Positions 25,270 through 38,765 of a stretch of DNA of 64,000 bases are shown here, one piece after another. The stretch is from Eledone cirrhosa (lineage: Eukaryota). The position numbers were made by a program, and so were the translations under genes. Location of the stretch: NCBI GenBank assembly GCA_964016885.1, contig OZ024742.1:255750001-255814000 (forward strand). Direction: 5' to 3'. How positions within the stretch are numbered: position 1 is the stretch's first letter; the number at the start of each line of letters is the position of its first letter. The notes under the pieces were generated by a model. The model did not search any database, had not been told where the DNA came from, and worked only from the letters and a program-made list of their open reading frames with translations.

Positions 25270-26450
25270 TATATCGTTTCTGAATTTGTTTAACAAGATT
25301 ATTTATCTGAAAACGTGTGTTGAAACCGATATTGTTATACTTTGGGAGGGTCATGTTGCCAATAAGAAACACACGCACCAGATGTTTCACTTCAATTTAA
25401 TATAAATTACAAATTTAAAAATTTATAAATTTCCGGTTGGTTGGTTCCCCACAACCGGACGATTGTTCATATATTCTCAAAGTTCTTTCGTCACAAATTC
25501 TATGACCTCATCACAGACTGGGATTCTTTTCTTTGTTTTGTGCCTCTCCCTTATTCTGTCCTACGCCATCTTGTTTTTGTGTGTGTTGTGTGCTTAGTTT
25601 GCGCATGTGTTACATCCGGGTGTCTGTCTGAGTTTTTATTTGTTTCTTCATTTGTTTATTTACATGTTACTAATTAGTTGTTTGTTCTATGTGTGTGTGT
25701 GTGCTTTCATTTTGTCCTTAATTGTAAGTTGTGATGTTGCTATTTCAGACATGTTTTCTATTTAATTTTGGTTGGAGTTCATTTATGTTTATTGCCTCTG
25801 TGATTTGTCTAAACATTGCATCTTTTCTGTGTGTAGATTTTATTTTTATTTCTATGTTCTCTAATTTGCCCTTATGTTCTATTTTAGCATGTTAGTGGAG
25901 TACTGATGAGTCTTTTCTATCTTGGAGTTCTCGCCAGTGTTCTTTTAATCGTTTTCCTATGCTACGAGCTGTCTCACCTATGAACATTATATTCTTGTCT
26001 TTACATTGTCCCTCAGTACATCTTATGCTATATACTATGTTTCTAGTTTTACAGTTAATATGGGGGCTTAGTTTACAGATTATACATTTCTTATCTATTC
26101 AGGGAGGTCTTTGAAAAGGGTATGTATTACTAATAAGTGTTTTTATGGAGGTACCTGGTCTTTCCACTATCTTAATATTTAGTTTAAGTTTATCTAGGGC
26201 CCTTCTAAATTTGTAAGCTAGTTCACCTCTAGGGGTTGTATTGATGAACGTTACACTCTGGTATTTATTGTTATCATACCATGAGTTTATTTTTTTAATC
26301 TCATTCCTAGTTCTTTCTATTCTATTCCAAAATTTGCTCCTATATAAAGGGCAGGTCCCATTTATATCATTATTTACCATGTTTTCCCATTTGGTTCTGG
26401 CTCCTCTATATACTCTGATTTTATCTCTCTGATTGTAACTCTGATTGGGT
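25270..26450 (-). mobile_element. 3' fragment of a Neptune-like PLE (thumb, Cys linker, GIY-YIG)
   Basis: ORF 26099-26380 (PLYR..W, TP.GELA, KIVERPG.S) continues KKCIICK...NCKTRNIVYSIRC...FIGETARS...RLKEH. Confidence 0.8.
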
Positions 26451-26564
26451 TAGTAGGACAAGTGAAATAATATAAACGATATTGTAGGATTTAGTTTTCT
26501 CGGGTCATCTAAGCATTTGTTTTCAACTTCCTCTTTAAAGATGTAAATTGCAGTCCCATATCAA

Positions 26565-26752
26565 GTGGATTGGCAGTATCAGTAGAGGGTCGGACACCAT
26601 GCTTTGCAGCAAAGAGTTACGGCCATTTATGGTCTGAGTTCAAATCCCGCCGAGGTTAAATTTGCCTTTCATCCTTACGGGGTCGATAAAATAAAGTACC
26701 AGTAATACACTGGAATAATTGCTGGCCTTGTGCCAAAAGTAGAAACAATTAT
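26565..26752 (+). mobile_element. tRNA-derived SINE (Meta/MESC-like core)
   Basis: Same head, core and tail as 14820-15008. Confidence 0.9.
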
Positions 26753-28147
26753 TCACATTATCCTTTACATGCCCTTATTATTTTACTGGTTTTATTAATT
26801 GGATAGCCGCCATGCTTAGATATAGTCGTCAACGGTTTAAGCCAATCATATCGACCCCATTGCTGAATTCATTTTTTAATGCAGAGCTGGCCGTAAGAGG
26901 TAGGAGTCATACTTGCGTTTTATATATTGTAAATTGTTCTGCGTAATTGACACCTCAAGCATTGATTAGTCTCGTGTGGGTCCCAGTTGGGAGGAATTGC
27001 TCCAATTGGCTTGATTCCGGTCGTGGTGGTACATATCTGATCAATATATATTCGAAATACTTTCCTGTATATTTAGCTATAATCATGAGTTTTATATAGA
27101 AGATAACATTTTTACTTATAATCAGATGAATTAAGATTTGAAATTTGCCTCGATATTTGAATATTATAGTATTTTGTTTCCGATTGCCTGCTAATACATC
27201 TTTCACATATTTAAGCTGAACATAAATTTACGAATTACGTATTTACAATGTTTTGAGTTGAAAAACGTTTCATAATCTGGTAAAGTAAAAATCAATAGTC
27301 TGATGTATATCTATACTTTTTATCAGTGTTTAAATCTATAAAAGTGAAACGAAATCTATGGAAGAACATTTTTGCTAGCATATTACTGAATTCTTTACAT
27401 CGTACGAAATTCGTGCGGTTTTGAGAAGTAGAGTAAATTTTAGTCGTCGTTACTACTTTAGTACCAGCATATATTGCATCTATATTTAAAAAATGAAAGC
27501 TAACATTGACCTTAGCAAGATTTGAAGCCAATGTTCAAAGCAAGCTTAACTGAAAACCGCAAGCAATCTTTGTTTCCGTTCTACCATGTCTGCACTTAAC
27601 CGCCATTAATACCAACAATAAAAAGAACTAAACTAGAATTTTCTGATTCAATATCTTTCCTATTAATTAGAATTGTATGACAGTAACAATAGCAAGAACA
27701 ACAACACAAGTAAACATTAACAATAACAGCAACGGCAATGACAATAGCCTGAGTAAAAGCAACAACAATAATAATAACAACATTAAGAGCATTATCAGCA
27801 GCAGCAACAATTACAGAAATAACAGTAACAACTGAAACAACAAGAGTAAAAACAACAACAAACAAACAATCAACAACAGCAACAACAAAAACAGCTGCAG
27901 CAATCAACAACAACAAACAAAACATAATAGAAAGCGACTGAATCTAGAATCTCACCAACGAAAACGCCTAAATAAAACGTATACATAGTAATTATTTCTA
28001 AACATCTAAAAATTAAAAGTAAATTTATAAATAACTTGAATTTAAATATACGTCATATTTAGAGGAACTATTGGAAGGATATGCACAGGGTAGGTTATTT
28101 AAATGTGGACTGTTGTAAACATCCTTATCACTTTTAATACTTGACGA

Positions 28148-28290
28148 AGCATGGCCGTGTGGTTAAGTAGTTTTCTTCACAGCCATGAGGACCTAGGTCC
28201 AGCTGTATAAACGGCAACCTGGGTAAATGTCTTCTACAATTGCCACAGATTGACCAATGCTTAGAGAGCGGAATTTGTTTGAAGGAAAGC
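28148..28290 (+). mobile_element. Diverged tRNA-headed SINE of a second family
   Basis: A-box-like tggccgtgtggttaag followed by acctgggtaaatgtcttctac. Confidence 0.5.
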
Positions 28291-29088
28291 GCAGAAATTT
28301 GTCCCCCCCCCCCCCCTCCCCCCACACAGACTCACACTCATGCACATACACGCATATATATTTATATTTGTGTGTGTGTGTTAATGTTTCTAGATGTGTC
28401 GGTATTTATATTTCATTATTTGACGGTTTGACCATAGAGATCAATAAAGTAAGTAACAGCTTTGAAAAATAAAGAATATGGGTCTCTATATGATTGACTA
28501 AATCAAAGACGTGCCCTAGTATGTCCGCTATAATATGACTGAAACCAATAAAAATCTAACGAAACATTTATACGATAAAGATATACAAGTAAAGATTTTT
28601 CTATAAATTTTCTATTAATTGTTTATTGCACATCTAGCCACTTCATACCAACAGGTCTTGTTTGCTTTTCCAACGAGAGAATAATAATTAGAAGGTAATT
28701 GGAAAACTATTCTCTAAAAGTAAGAAAATAACGGTGAGAGAGTATTACCCGCCCTCCCACTAAAAAATGTTAAATGTATATTATGATTGTGTGGCATACA
28801 CTTTTATAATGATGTACACTTCAATTGGGCAGCCTGAACTACGATAGAAGAAATAAATATACATCATTTGTGTCAATTATTGGGTTCTTATTCATATAAT
28901 GACACAATAACAAATGCTAATATGGAAACTTGTAGTTGTGAAAGTGCTTGGCCTTGTGGTTAAACAGTTACGTTGTTAAGTCGTTTATACTTTTTGACTT
29001 TTCTTATACTCTCACATAAAAACATATTCATTCAGACACAAAAACTCATTTATTCTTTCAACTACTCACACATCTATATATATATATG

Positions 29089-29219
<131 letters not shown>

Positions 29220-29819
29220 GTGTGTGTGTGTGTGGTGTGTGTGTGTGTGTGTGTGACTGTGGTGTTTGTGTGTCCCCGCAATTTAACGATTCGGCCAAAA
29301 ATATCAATAATATTTGTATCAAACTTGAAGAAGTATGTACTGACATTGATATAATCGACTCAATCGCTTCTGTGTATATATATACATATATACATACGCA
29401 CACAGAGTCACATACGCACACGCTCTAATTTTATTAGTGGAGTATAGTTCGTTATTATTATAGCCAGACCTATATAGTAATAACGTAATAACACAACGCA
29501 GTAACATTACTAACGATAGGAATAATAAAACTAGATTAAGTAAGATGAATAGCACCAAGAAATATTATCATAGTAATAAAATAACTAGGTCTGGCTATAA
29601 TAAGGGGCCATATTCCACAAATAAAATCAAAGCAACTAACCTAGATATATTCCAACAAGCTTGCAAACATCCTCAATGACATAGGAACACATAAGGCAAG
29701 TAGGATAGAGCTTGGAAATGGCCCGGTCTTGTTAGCAGCATATATAGCACCCATCACGGCATAAATGACCGTGCCAACTTCAGAGCAGCACGTAGAAGAC
29801 GCCGCCCTAGTATTTCATG

Positions 29820-31080
29820 CAGGACATGATGAGCAATTGCAAGGGCTATAATCCATTGTGAAGCAATTCAGTGATAATATTAAAATGAAGTTTGAACTAG
29901 AAAAATGCTAGATAAAAGCTACGTTCACCAGACATATATCTTGATCGGGAGAATGTGATAAAAGAACTTGATCAAGAAGAAACTGATAAATATGTAGGTG
30001 TTTCTGAAGGAGACGTTATCAAGCACTCGACGATGAGGGAAAGAATAAGGAAGGAATGTTACCCCAAAGTAAGAGCAATTTTAAGAACGGAGTTGAATGC
30101 AAGGAATAGGATCGATGCCATAAACACGCCTGCTATAACAGTAGTAACTTAGTGTCAATGTCATCAACTGGTCAAGCACAGAGATCTGCAAGCTTGATAC
30201 GAAAATTAGCAAATTATTAATCATGCACAGAATGCATCACCCTAAGGCAGATACAGATAGATTATATCCACCTAGGAAAGAAGGAGGAAGTGGATTAATC
30301 CAGTTAGATATTTCTTTGAAAACTGCAACAATTGGGTTGACTACATATCTAAGGGAAGCACATGATTGGATGATGAAGCTCATTTTGAAGCATCAAAACA
30401 TCGAAAGATCATACTCCATTACAAAAGATGATCATAGATACATAGAACTACAAATTCCAGAAGTTCCCTTTCCTGCTGAAATGAAAAAAACAGAAAAAGC
30501 AAAGCAGGCAAAAGTAACTGCAAAGAAAGAACTGCTACAGCCTCTCTATAGAAACTACCCTGAAGGAGCTAACATCCTGATATTGACAAAACTGTAACCT
30601 ATCAGTGGTTGGCATCCTCTGGACTAAAATCGGAGACTGAAGGCCTGATTAAATCAGCACAAGTTCAGTGTCTGCCAACAAAAGATTATCAAGCCAACAT
30701 AATAAAATTGGATGCAACCCATTATGCCGTGTATATAAAAAACATCCAGAGGCCATTGATCATATAATTTCAATGTGTAGTCCTATAGCTCCAACCGAAT
30801 ACCTAAACAGGCACGACAGAGCTGCACAATACATACATTGGATAATGTGTAAGCATTTTGACCTGCCCCATCAACCATCCTCCACCTCCCGTACTTGAAA
30901 AGGATCACATCTCAAACAGACCGAAAAATAGATGCGAATAGACCTGATATATTACTGAAGGACTTTAAAAAGAGGGTATGGCTGCTACTTGACATATCCG
31001 TTCCTATAGACAAGAATGTATCTATAAAAACATTTGAAAAATTGAGCAAGTATTGACCTGGACATTGAGATTGGAAAAAT
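29820..31080 (+). mobile_element. R4/Dong-like non-LTR fragment (RT C-terminus, CCHC, RLE)
   Basis: KYVGVSEGD, MHHPKADTDRLY..RKEGG.GL, RHDRAAQYIHW, NRPDI; same family as 36040-38567 in the opposite orientation. Confidence 0.85.
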
Positions 31081-31237
31081 AGAAATCTCAATTTCTCAAT
31101 GTTTCTCGCAAATCATATTATACAATTAATAGAATCCAAGACTAGTTACACAACCAATGGAGTATAATAGACAGCCGGCCTCTTTTATTCTTAAGAAGAA
31201 ATGTAACTTGTGTCTGATGGAAGCATATTATATTATA

Positions 31238-31425
31238 GTGGATTGGCAGTATCGGTAGAGGGTCGAGCGCCATGCTTTGAATCATAGAGTTACCTCCCTT
31301 TATGATCTGAGTTCAAATCCCGCCGAGGTTAATTTTGCCTTTCATCCTTACGGGGTCGATAACATAAAGTACCAGTAATGCACTGGGATAATTGCTGGCC
31401 TTGTGCCAAAAGTAGAAACAATTAT
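31238..31425 (+). mobile_element. tRNA-derived SINE with TSD attatattata
   Basis: Family head, core and tail; attatattata on both sides. Confidence 0.9.
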
Positions 31426-32561
31426 ATTATATGCTCCCCACCTACACTTATTAACAATAGAGCCGAGACAGTAATCAATTGACATCACATACTTTCTTAC
31501 TCTTTCTTTAACAGAGTTTATGATCCCATATAGCCATCTTAAATGTCCAACCTCAAGTTCTCCCCCCCCACCCCAAACCCTAAAATAGACCCTCTATTAG
31601 CTATTTTCCATAAATTAGTCAGGATATCTAAATCACTATTGTTTATAATTGGTTACTTAATTGAAGACTGTACACCTTGGCCACAACACACCACCTAACA
31701 TCTACTCTATCAATATCACTTAACTTTAGCTAGTAATAATAATTGTTTTCAAAGAAATACACCATAGTTACTTCCCTTAGATAATTATGCCCCATTGTAA
31801 CTGATAGTTTAGATTTACAAGTGAGTTCGCATTTAAAATTATTACGGATTAAGGTATAAACTCCGACGTATATTTACCTCTAAGTATTCCTCTGAAGGAA
31901 TAATTATACCAGTTATGGTAAAATTCCTTCGCTGTTGTCGTTTTGCTGTATATTCAAAAACATTTTGAAGGCCTTTCGCTAAGAATATTAAGGTAATGAC
32001 GAACATTACATACCTAGCTTCAGCAAAGGCACGGTGAAGTAATCCATTCCTAACTTCTTAGTGATTATCAAAACTACATAACCCTCCGCCTTTGGTGAAG
32101 CTAAGTAAGCCGGATTCTTATATAATTCCAATTATGTTTAAGAGCTGTTGAAACTCATTTGCAAACGGAGCGGTTGCCGACCCAGCATCAATTAGAAATT
32201 TGTATTGGTGTTCCGAAATAGTGACATACATATACATATAGTATGGTTAGAAGGGGAAATGAGAAATGATATCAGAGAAACCGTTGCTGGTTAACGCAGT
32301 GTTATAGAAAGGTGGCGCTCTGTTAAGATGGCCTTGTTAGAAGCAAGATTAGAAATCCTAGTACTGATGCTTTTAACACATCCGTTCTCACCGCAGTCAT
32401 ACACGGGCGGAAAATCCATTCGGTGAAACGCGCATCCTCGAGTATGGTTTGCTATTTTATTGTGAAACTAACTCTATACCGAACTCGTACTTTGGGCAGA
32501 TTGCTTTACCAACTACGGATATAACTTACCACAACACTCAAGCATTCTCACTCTCTCTTTC

Positions 32562-32753
<192 letters not shown>

Positions 32754-32764
32754 TATATATATAC

Positions 32765-32853
<89 letters not shown>

Positions 32854-32858
<5 letters not shown>

Positions 32859-32950
32859 AAATAGGGATGAAATCGAAAATGCAACTGAAGTCTTATTTTT
32901 TTTAAAAATAAGACTTCAGTTGCATTTTCGATTTCATCCCTTTTTCTTTA
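32854..32950. repeat. Near-perfect hairpin, about 45-bp arms, abutting (TA)n
   Basis: agggatgaaatcgaaaatgcaactgaagtcttattttt / aaaaataagacttcagttgcattttcgatttcatccct; single-arm homolog at 50042-50090. Confidence 0.9.
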
Positions 32951-33071
32951 TACTTCCACTCGTGTAGGACACCTCGGTTATTTTTCATTTTGTAAAAAAA
33001 ACCTCACTTTCTAATATATATATATATATTTATATATTTACATATATATATATTTATATATATATATCCAT

Positions 33072-33102
<31 letters not shown>

Positions 33103-33329
33103 GAATGGAAACTAATGCACGAACTTAATTCATCCCTAAAGGCCGTTCGTCAACCGAAATGTTCGTAAGCCGTAACTATTTTTCTCATACTAAATTTTGA
33201 GAGAGAAAGACTGTGTGTGAAAGACAGATTCATAACAAAATAGTAAACAATTACGCAGTAAGTGAGGTTTTCGTGCCAATACTAACAATTTATCGCCAAC
33301 CGGCTTGCATGTTCGTTACTCGTTGGTCG

Positions 33330-34870
33330 GCAGGTAACAAATATTGCTAGAAATAGCTCACTTGTCAACATAGTTTTACTTGACCACATGTATAGTATCG
33401 GTGTGGTACCTGCTGTCAACCACTCTGGAATCTCAACTGACATCAAGCAGTCATTGAACATGGTTGTCAGTTTCGGTGGAGGGATGTTATATTTTTAATC
33501 CAATACCCCTGCACACCATCTGGGCCTGGTGATTTCCAGTTGGTTAGATTTTTGGCCTGCCCTTTAAGAGTTTCAACTGTGATACTCAAATCAGTTTTGG
33601 TGTGCCTGTTCACTAATCTCCTGTTGTACTGTCTCAATCCACACTGCCTGGTCATTATGTTTAACATCCTGCTCCCATATTCCTCTCCCGAATGTCTTAG
33701 TTTGTTCCGCCTCAGGGATCAAGTCGTTGCCTCTTTCTTTCCCTTCAAGCTGTCCAAACAACATCTTCTGGTTGTTGTCAAACATGCGGGTCTGTCTATA
33801 CTGACTGACTCTGTTCTCGTATCGCCTATTTTTTGCACTCTTTGCTACAATGCGTTGCTTCAGTTCCTCTATGATAATATTTAGCTTTTTCCTCCTAGGT
33901 TTGTACTTTATTTCCAGTCTATTTGTAGTGTCTATATTTTTTAGTATCCCATTCAGTAGGGACTCAAGCTTTCCAATGTTATTTCTCATTTCCTTGATTT
34001 GACGATTCAGTCGTTTCTTCCACCAAGGTTCTGATCTTTCTTGTTTGTTGTTTCCTCTCGCTTTTATGCCAAGTAATTTTCTCACCGCATTTGCTGTTGC
34101 TTTGAGGATATTGTTGCACTGGTGAAGGTTCCTCACCTCAAGGTATGGGATGACTTTGTTTACCTTAGCTGTGGTTTCTTTTAACTTTTTCCTGTCTACA
34201 AATCTTAGATTCATAGGTTTCCCACTATCATTGTTCATTTCATCTACCACTAAGTTTAGGATATCAACCAAATCCTGTCCTAGCCCGTCATCATTCATTT
34301 CCTCAATGGCCGTATCTTTGTACCATGTATTATTTATTTCAGCCTTCAGATCATTGTCTGCTTCGGATGGTTCCTCCGTTCTCTCAACCTCTTCACCTTC
34401 ATTTCCCACTGGCTCGTTTGCCTGGCATACTCCACTCTCCATTTCCAACCTAATCTCTCTGCTCAGTTCCTCCAGTTCCAGCTTGCTTATCCACCCATTA
34501 GTTCTTATTACCCGAGCCTGCTCAGCCAATTTTTGTTCATCTAATTTAAATAGACCAATCTCGTTCCAGATATTTTGCATCCGTTTCCTATAACCTTTTT
34601 CCTTGGGGTTACTCTTCAGGTAACATTGCATAAGAGTTCTATTCAATTATTTCGTCCAGTTGGTTCTGGTCCCTTTCCTTCTTCCTCTTCCTCCAACACC
34701 TTCTGCTGGGTGAGAGTTTGTCACATGACATTCCAGTCTCCACTTCACCGTTATTCGAACTGTTTAGGTTCGACATTTAAGCGCTCATATCGATGATTGG
34801 TGAATGTATGTTTACATAACTACCGGTGATTTTATCACCCCCAGTGATTTGATGACCCCCGGTGATTTTA
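33330..34870 (-). mobile_element. 5' part of a second R4/Dong-like non-LTR element
   Basis: ORF 33591-34646 (CY..S.P...GYRKRM..IW, PWWK.RL, RRY..R..QYRQ...F) then NWKSPGPDGVQGYWIK. Confidence 0.85.
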
Positions 34871-35074
34871 GCGTGTCACAATCACGCTGTAGACGAACAT
34901 AAACAAACAAACAAACAAATAGATAAAAAACCTAAAAAAACAAAAACAAACATAAGTTTCATTGTAATGTTTGAATGTCTGACTTCCTTTTTTTCATTTT
35001 GTTTGTTTTTCTCCTTTGCGTTTTTCGTTTTACAAGGCCAGTAACATCGGTTACTAGTGTTGTTGTTGTTGTTG

Positions 35075-35115
<41 letters not shown>

Positions 35116-35221
35116 AAGGGAAGTAGGGTTGTTGTGTTCAAAACTTTTGAAATCTGTGTTTGTTGTTGCGTTTGCTTCTGTCTGTGTTCTAAAATGTTCG
35201 ACTATAATTTTTTCTATAATT

Positions 35222-35320
35222 TTTTTTACTTTCATCCCTACGGGGCCGACACCACAAAGCATCTGCAACACACCGGGACAATTGCTGGCCCGGTGCCAAA
35301 TGCAGAAACAATTATTATTA
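35222..35320 (+). mobile_element. 5'-truncated, diverged SINE
   Basis: ctttcatccctacggggccgac...attgctggcccggtgccaaatgcagaaacaattatt. Confidence 0.7.
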
Positions 35321-35999
35321 TTATATTATAGTTTAGATTTGACATCGTTTAAACCAAACATTTTGAGAGAGTTTAGAGATACAACATAATTATTTTGGTG
35401 TTGTTGTTGTTAGCTGTTTGACCGAGTCACTAACCCAGTCTATTTATATCTTTTGATACCTTCCTCGCTTCTTTTCATGTGTAGCGGCACCACTACCCCT
35501 TTCTTAAGTAGTGAGGGAATAGTGGCGGTAGCGATGATGCAGTGGTGACGGTGGTGATGGGGCAGCAGTACTATAGGGATGGTGCTGGTTTGTATTTGGC
35601 TAGATTTTTTTGTGTTAGTGGTGATGTGATGGTGGCGGCGGCGGCGGTGGTGGTGCCGGTCGTGAAGTTATTTGGCTGTTGTTTTCTAGCCATTTTCTTT
35701 TCTGACTATAAAAACAATTATTATTATTATATTATAGTTTAGATTTGACATCGTTTAAACTAAACATTTCTTTTCTGACTAAAAATTTCTGGTACAAAAT
35801 TAAATATTAAATTAAATATTAAATATTGGAGCCCTATGCCGTAATGTGATGCGTTGCCACTTCCTAAGAGTTAAGACTGATATCTAACGTTTCATTTGTA
35901 ATAAGAATTATTCTATCACAATTGTTTTAAATATGTAAAAAATTAAAAACTTACGGGAGCGATTCCATAATACCCTATCCACCATGTGTGTATCTTCCC

Positions 36000-38567
36000 T
36001 ATTATATTATTATTATCTTCCCTATTATTATTATTATTATTTGCATTTATCTTGCTTTATGTTTATACGAGTTATCACCAAGTCACAACCAGTGACCTCA
36101 AGAGACAACAAGGTCCGCCATGTTCAAGAAAGAACACACATATTCACACATGCATCCTTAGTGTTTAGACTTGTGATGTACTTATATTGACAGGATCTTC
36201 CTTAGTATATGGGCAGTTCCCATTAGTACTATCTTTTGTATTTCTCCTATACGCGGGTTTCCTGGGATTTGCGATAAGTAGTCGTTAGACCCCTTAGGTA
36301 TCATTCCCAGAGCGCCTACAACCACTGGTATTGTTTTAGTTCTCAATTTCCACATTTTTCCAATTTCTATCTCCAGGTCCTTATACTTGCTCAATTTTTC
36401 AAATGTTTTTATAGATACATTCTTGTCTATTGGAACAGACATATCAATTAGCAGGCATACCCTCCTTTGAAAGTCCTTCAATATTATATCAGGTCTATTT
36501 GCATCTATTTTTCGGTCTGTTTGGATGCTAAAGTTCCACAAGATTGAGATGTGATCTTTTTCAAGTATGGGAGGTGGTTGATGCTCCCACCAATTCTTTT
36601 GATGGGGCAGGTCAAAATGCTTGCACATTATCCAATGTATGTATTGTGCAGCTCTGTCATGCCTGTTTAGGTATTCGGTTGGAGCTATAGGACTGCACAT
36701 TGAAATTATATGATCAATGGTCTCTGGTTATTTTTTACATACACGGCATAATGGGTTGCATCCATTTTTTATGATATTGGGTTGATAATCTTTTGTTGGC
36801 AGACACTGATTTTGTGCTGATATAATCAGGCCTTTAGTCTACGATTTCAGTCCAGAGGATGCCAACCACTGATGGGTTAAAGTTTTGTCAACATCAGGAT
36901 TGTTAGTTCTATCTGGGTATTTTACATACAGAGGCTGTTATTGCCATTTCTTAGCCAGTTTCTGTAGCAGTTCTTTCTTTGCAGTTACTTTTACCTGCTT
37001 TGCTTTTTCTGTGGTTTTCATTTCAGCAGTAAATGGAACTTCTGAAATTTGTAGTTAATTACTGTATCTATGCGCACCTTTTGTAATGGAGTATGATCTT
37101 TCGATGCTTTCATGTTTCAAAATGAGATTGATCATCCAATTATATGCTTCCCTTAGATATGAAAATAATCCAATTGTTGCAGTTTTCAAAGAAATATCTA
37201 ATTGGATTAATCCACTTCCTCCTTCTTTCCTAGGGAGATATAGTCTATCTGTATCTGCCTTAGAGTGATATATTCTGTGCATGTTTAAGAATTCTCTAAT
37301 TTTCGTATTAAGCTTACGGATCTCTGTGCTTGATTCCGTCTCCTTCACAAACACCTAGATATTTTAAAGTTTCCGCTCGATCAAGTTTTCTTATCACATT
37401 CTCCCGATCGAGATTAATATCTGAACTTCTCAGCAGCTTTCCTCTGGTGAACGTAGCGTTGGCGCATTTAACTAGTCCAAACCCCATTTTAATATCATCA
37501 CTGAATTGCTTCACAGTGCATAATAGACCTTGCAATTGCTCACCATTTTTTGCAAATAGTTTCAGGTCATCCATATAGAACAAGTGGTTAAAGGTTTTGT
37601 CATTGACTTTATATCCATGCCTTGTTTCATTGAGCATTTTACTTAATGGTATAAGTCCGATGCAGAATAAAAGCTGTGGTAAAGAGTCACTCTGAAAAAT
37701 TCCACAATTAATATTAAATTCTCCAGCTTCCAGTGAGATTTTCACTATTCAAAAGGAGTGTTGTTTTCCATGTTTTCATAATGAATGACAGGAACCTCCT
37801 GACAATGGGAGATATTTTGAAAACCTCTGTGGCAAACTATCGAATGCTTTTTGTAAGCAATCCAAGCAATTGATAGATTTTTCTGTCTATTGTGACAATC
37901 TTCCAGTATCATTTTGTTAATCAAAAGCTGATCCTTACATCCATATGAGCCTCGTTTACACCCTTTCTGCTCATTGGGAAGTAGATCATTTATTATCAGG
38001 TGATCATATGTATATTCAGTTAGGACTGATGTTAACATTTTATACATTGTGGTCAAGCAAGTTACCGGTCTGTAATTTTTTGTATTATTTGTCTCATCAT
38101 TCTTCGAAAGTAGGATAGTAATGCCGTTAACTAGCCATGATGGTATCTTTTCTGGCCCCTTAACCATTTCATTGTAAAGTTGGGCTAACAGTTCATGAGA
38201 CTCTGTGATGGCATTTATCCAAAAATTTGGTATTTTGTCTTTCCCTGGGGATTAACATTTGCTGGATTTTTAAGAGCTATTTTCCCCTCTTTGTTCTTCA
38301 AGGTGAGCTGTATCTTTCATTTGTCTGTCTATCCCTGGCGCATGTATATTATGAACATTTTCTTCGGCCCTGATCTTTTCCCAGAATTCTTCCACTTCCT
38401 CCTTCAGTTGTATTGATTTAGCAGTCTTTATTGACTTGCCAATTTTTCTGGAGACTTTTTTTGGTTGTTTTTGAAAATATTATTCTCCTTATAGAATGCA
38501 GAGCGTTTTTCAAAGCGCCTTCTAGGAGAAGCTTTGGCCGACACCTTTTACTTGTTTGTTTCTATCT
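36000..38567 (-). mobile_element. 5'-truncated R4/Dong-like non-LTR element (RT + CCHC + RLE) in (TAA)n context
   Basis: ORFs 37745-38167 (NYRPVTCL, EQKG, DQLLI), 37314-37745 (GIFQSDSL, HLFYMDDLKL) and 36182-36700 (NRPDII, KYKDL, PVVVGALG); (TAA)n at both ends. Confidence 0.92.
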
Positions 38568-38580
38568 TATTATTATTATT

Positions 38581-38765
38581 ATTGGCAGTATCGGTAGAGG
38601 GTCGGACGCCATGCTTTCCAGCATAGTTACGTCCCTTTACGATCTGAGTTCAAATCCCGCCGAGGTTGACTTTGCCTTTCATCCTTACGAGGTCGATAAA
38701 ATAAAGTACCAGTAATGCACCGGGTATTTGCTGGCCTTGTGCCTAAAGTAGAAACAATTATTATT
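38581..38765 (+). mobile_element. tRNA-derived SINE in (ATT)n
   Basis: Almost identical to 14828-15008. Confidence 0.9.

Noticed and set aside
25900-25940. CTGATGA motif
   Set aside because: It is antisense to GIY-YIG coding sequence, with no matching GAAA or stems.
26930-27560. Possible host exon or decayed ORF on the minus strand
   Set aside because: Multiple stops and no recognisable domain.
34820-34870. Short ggtgattt repeats at the 5' end of the R4-like element as an HDV-like ribozyme
   Set aside because: I could not build the nested double pseudoknot by eye.
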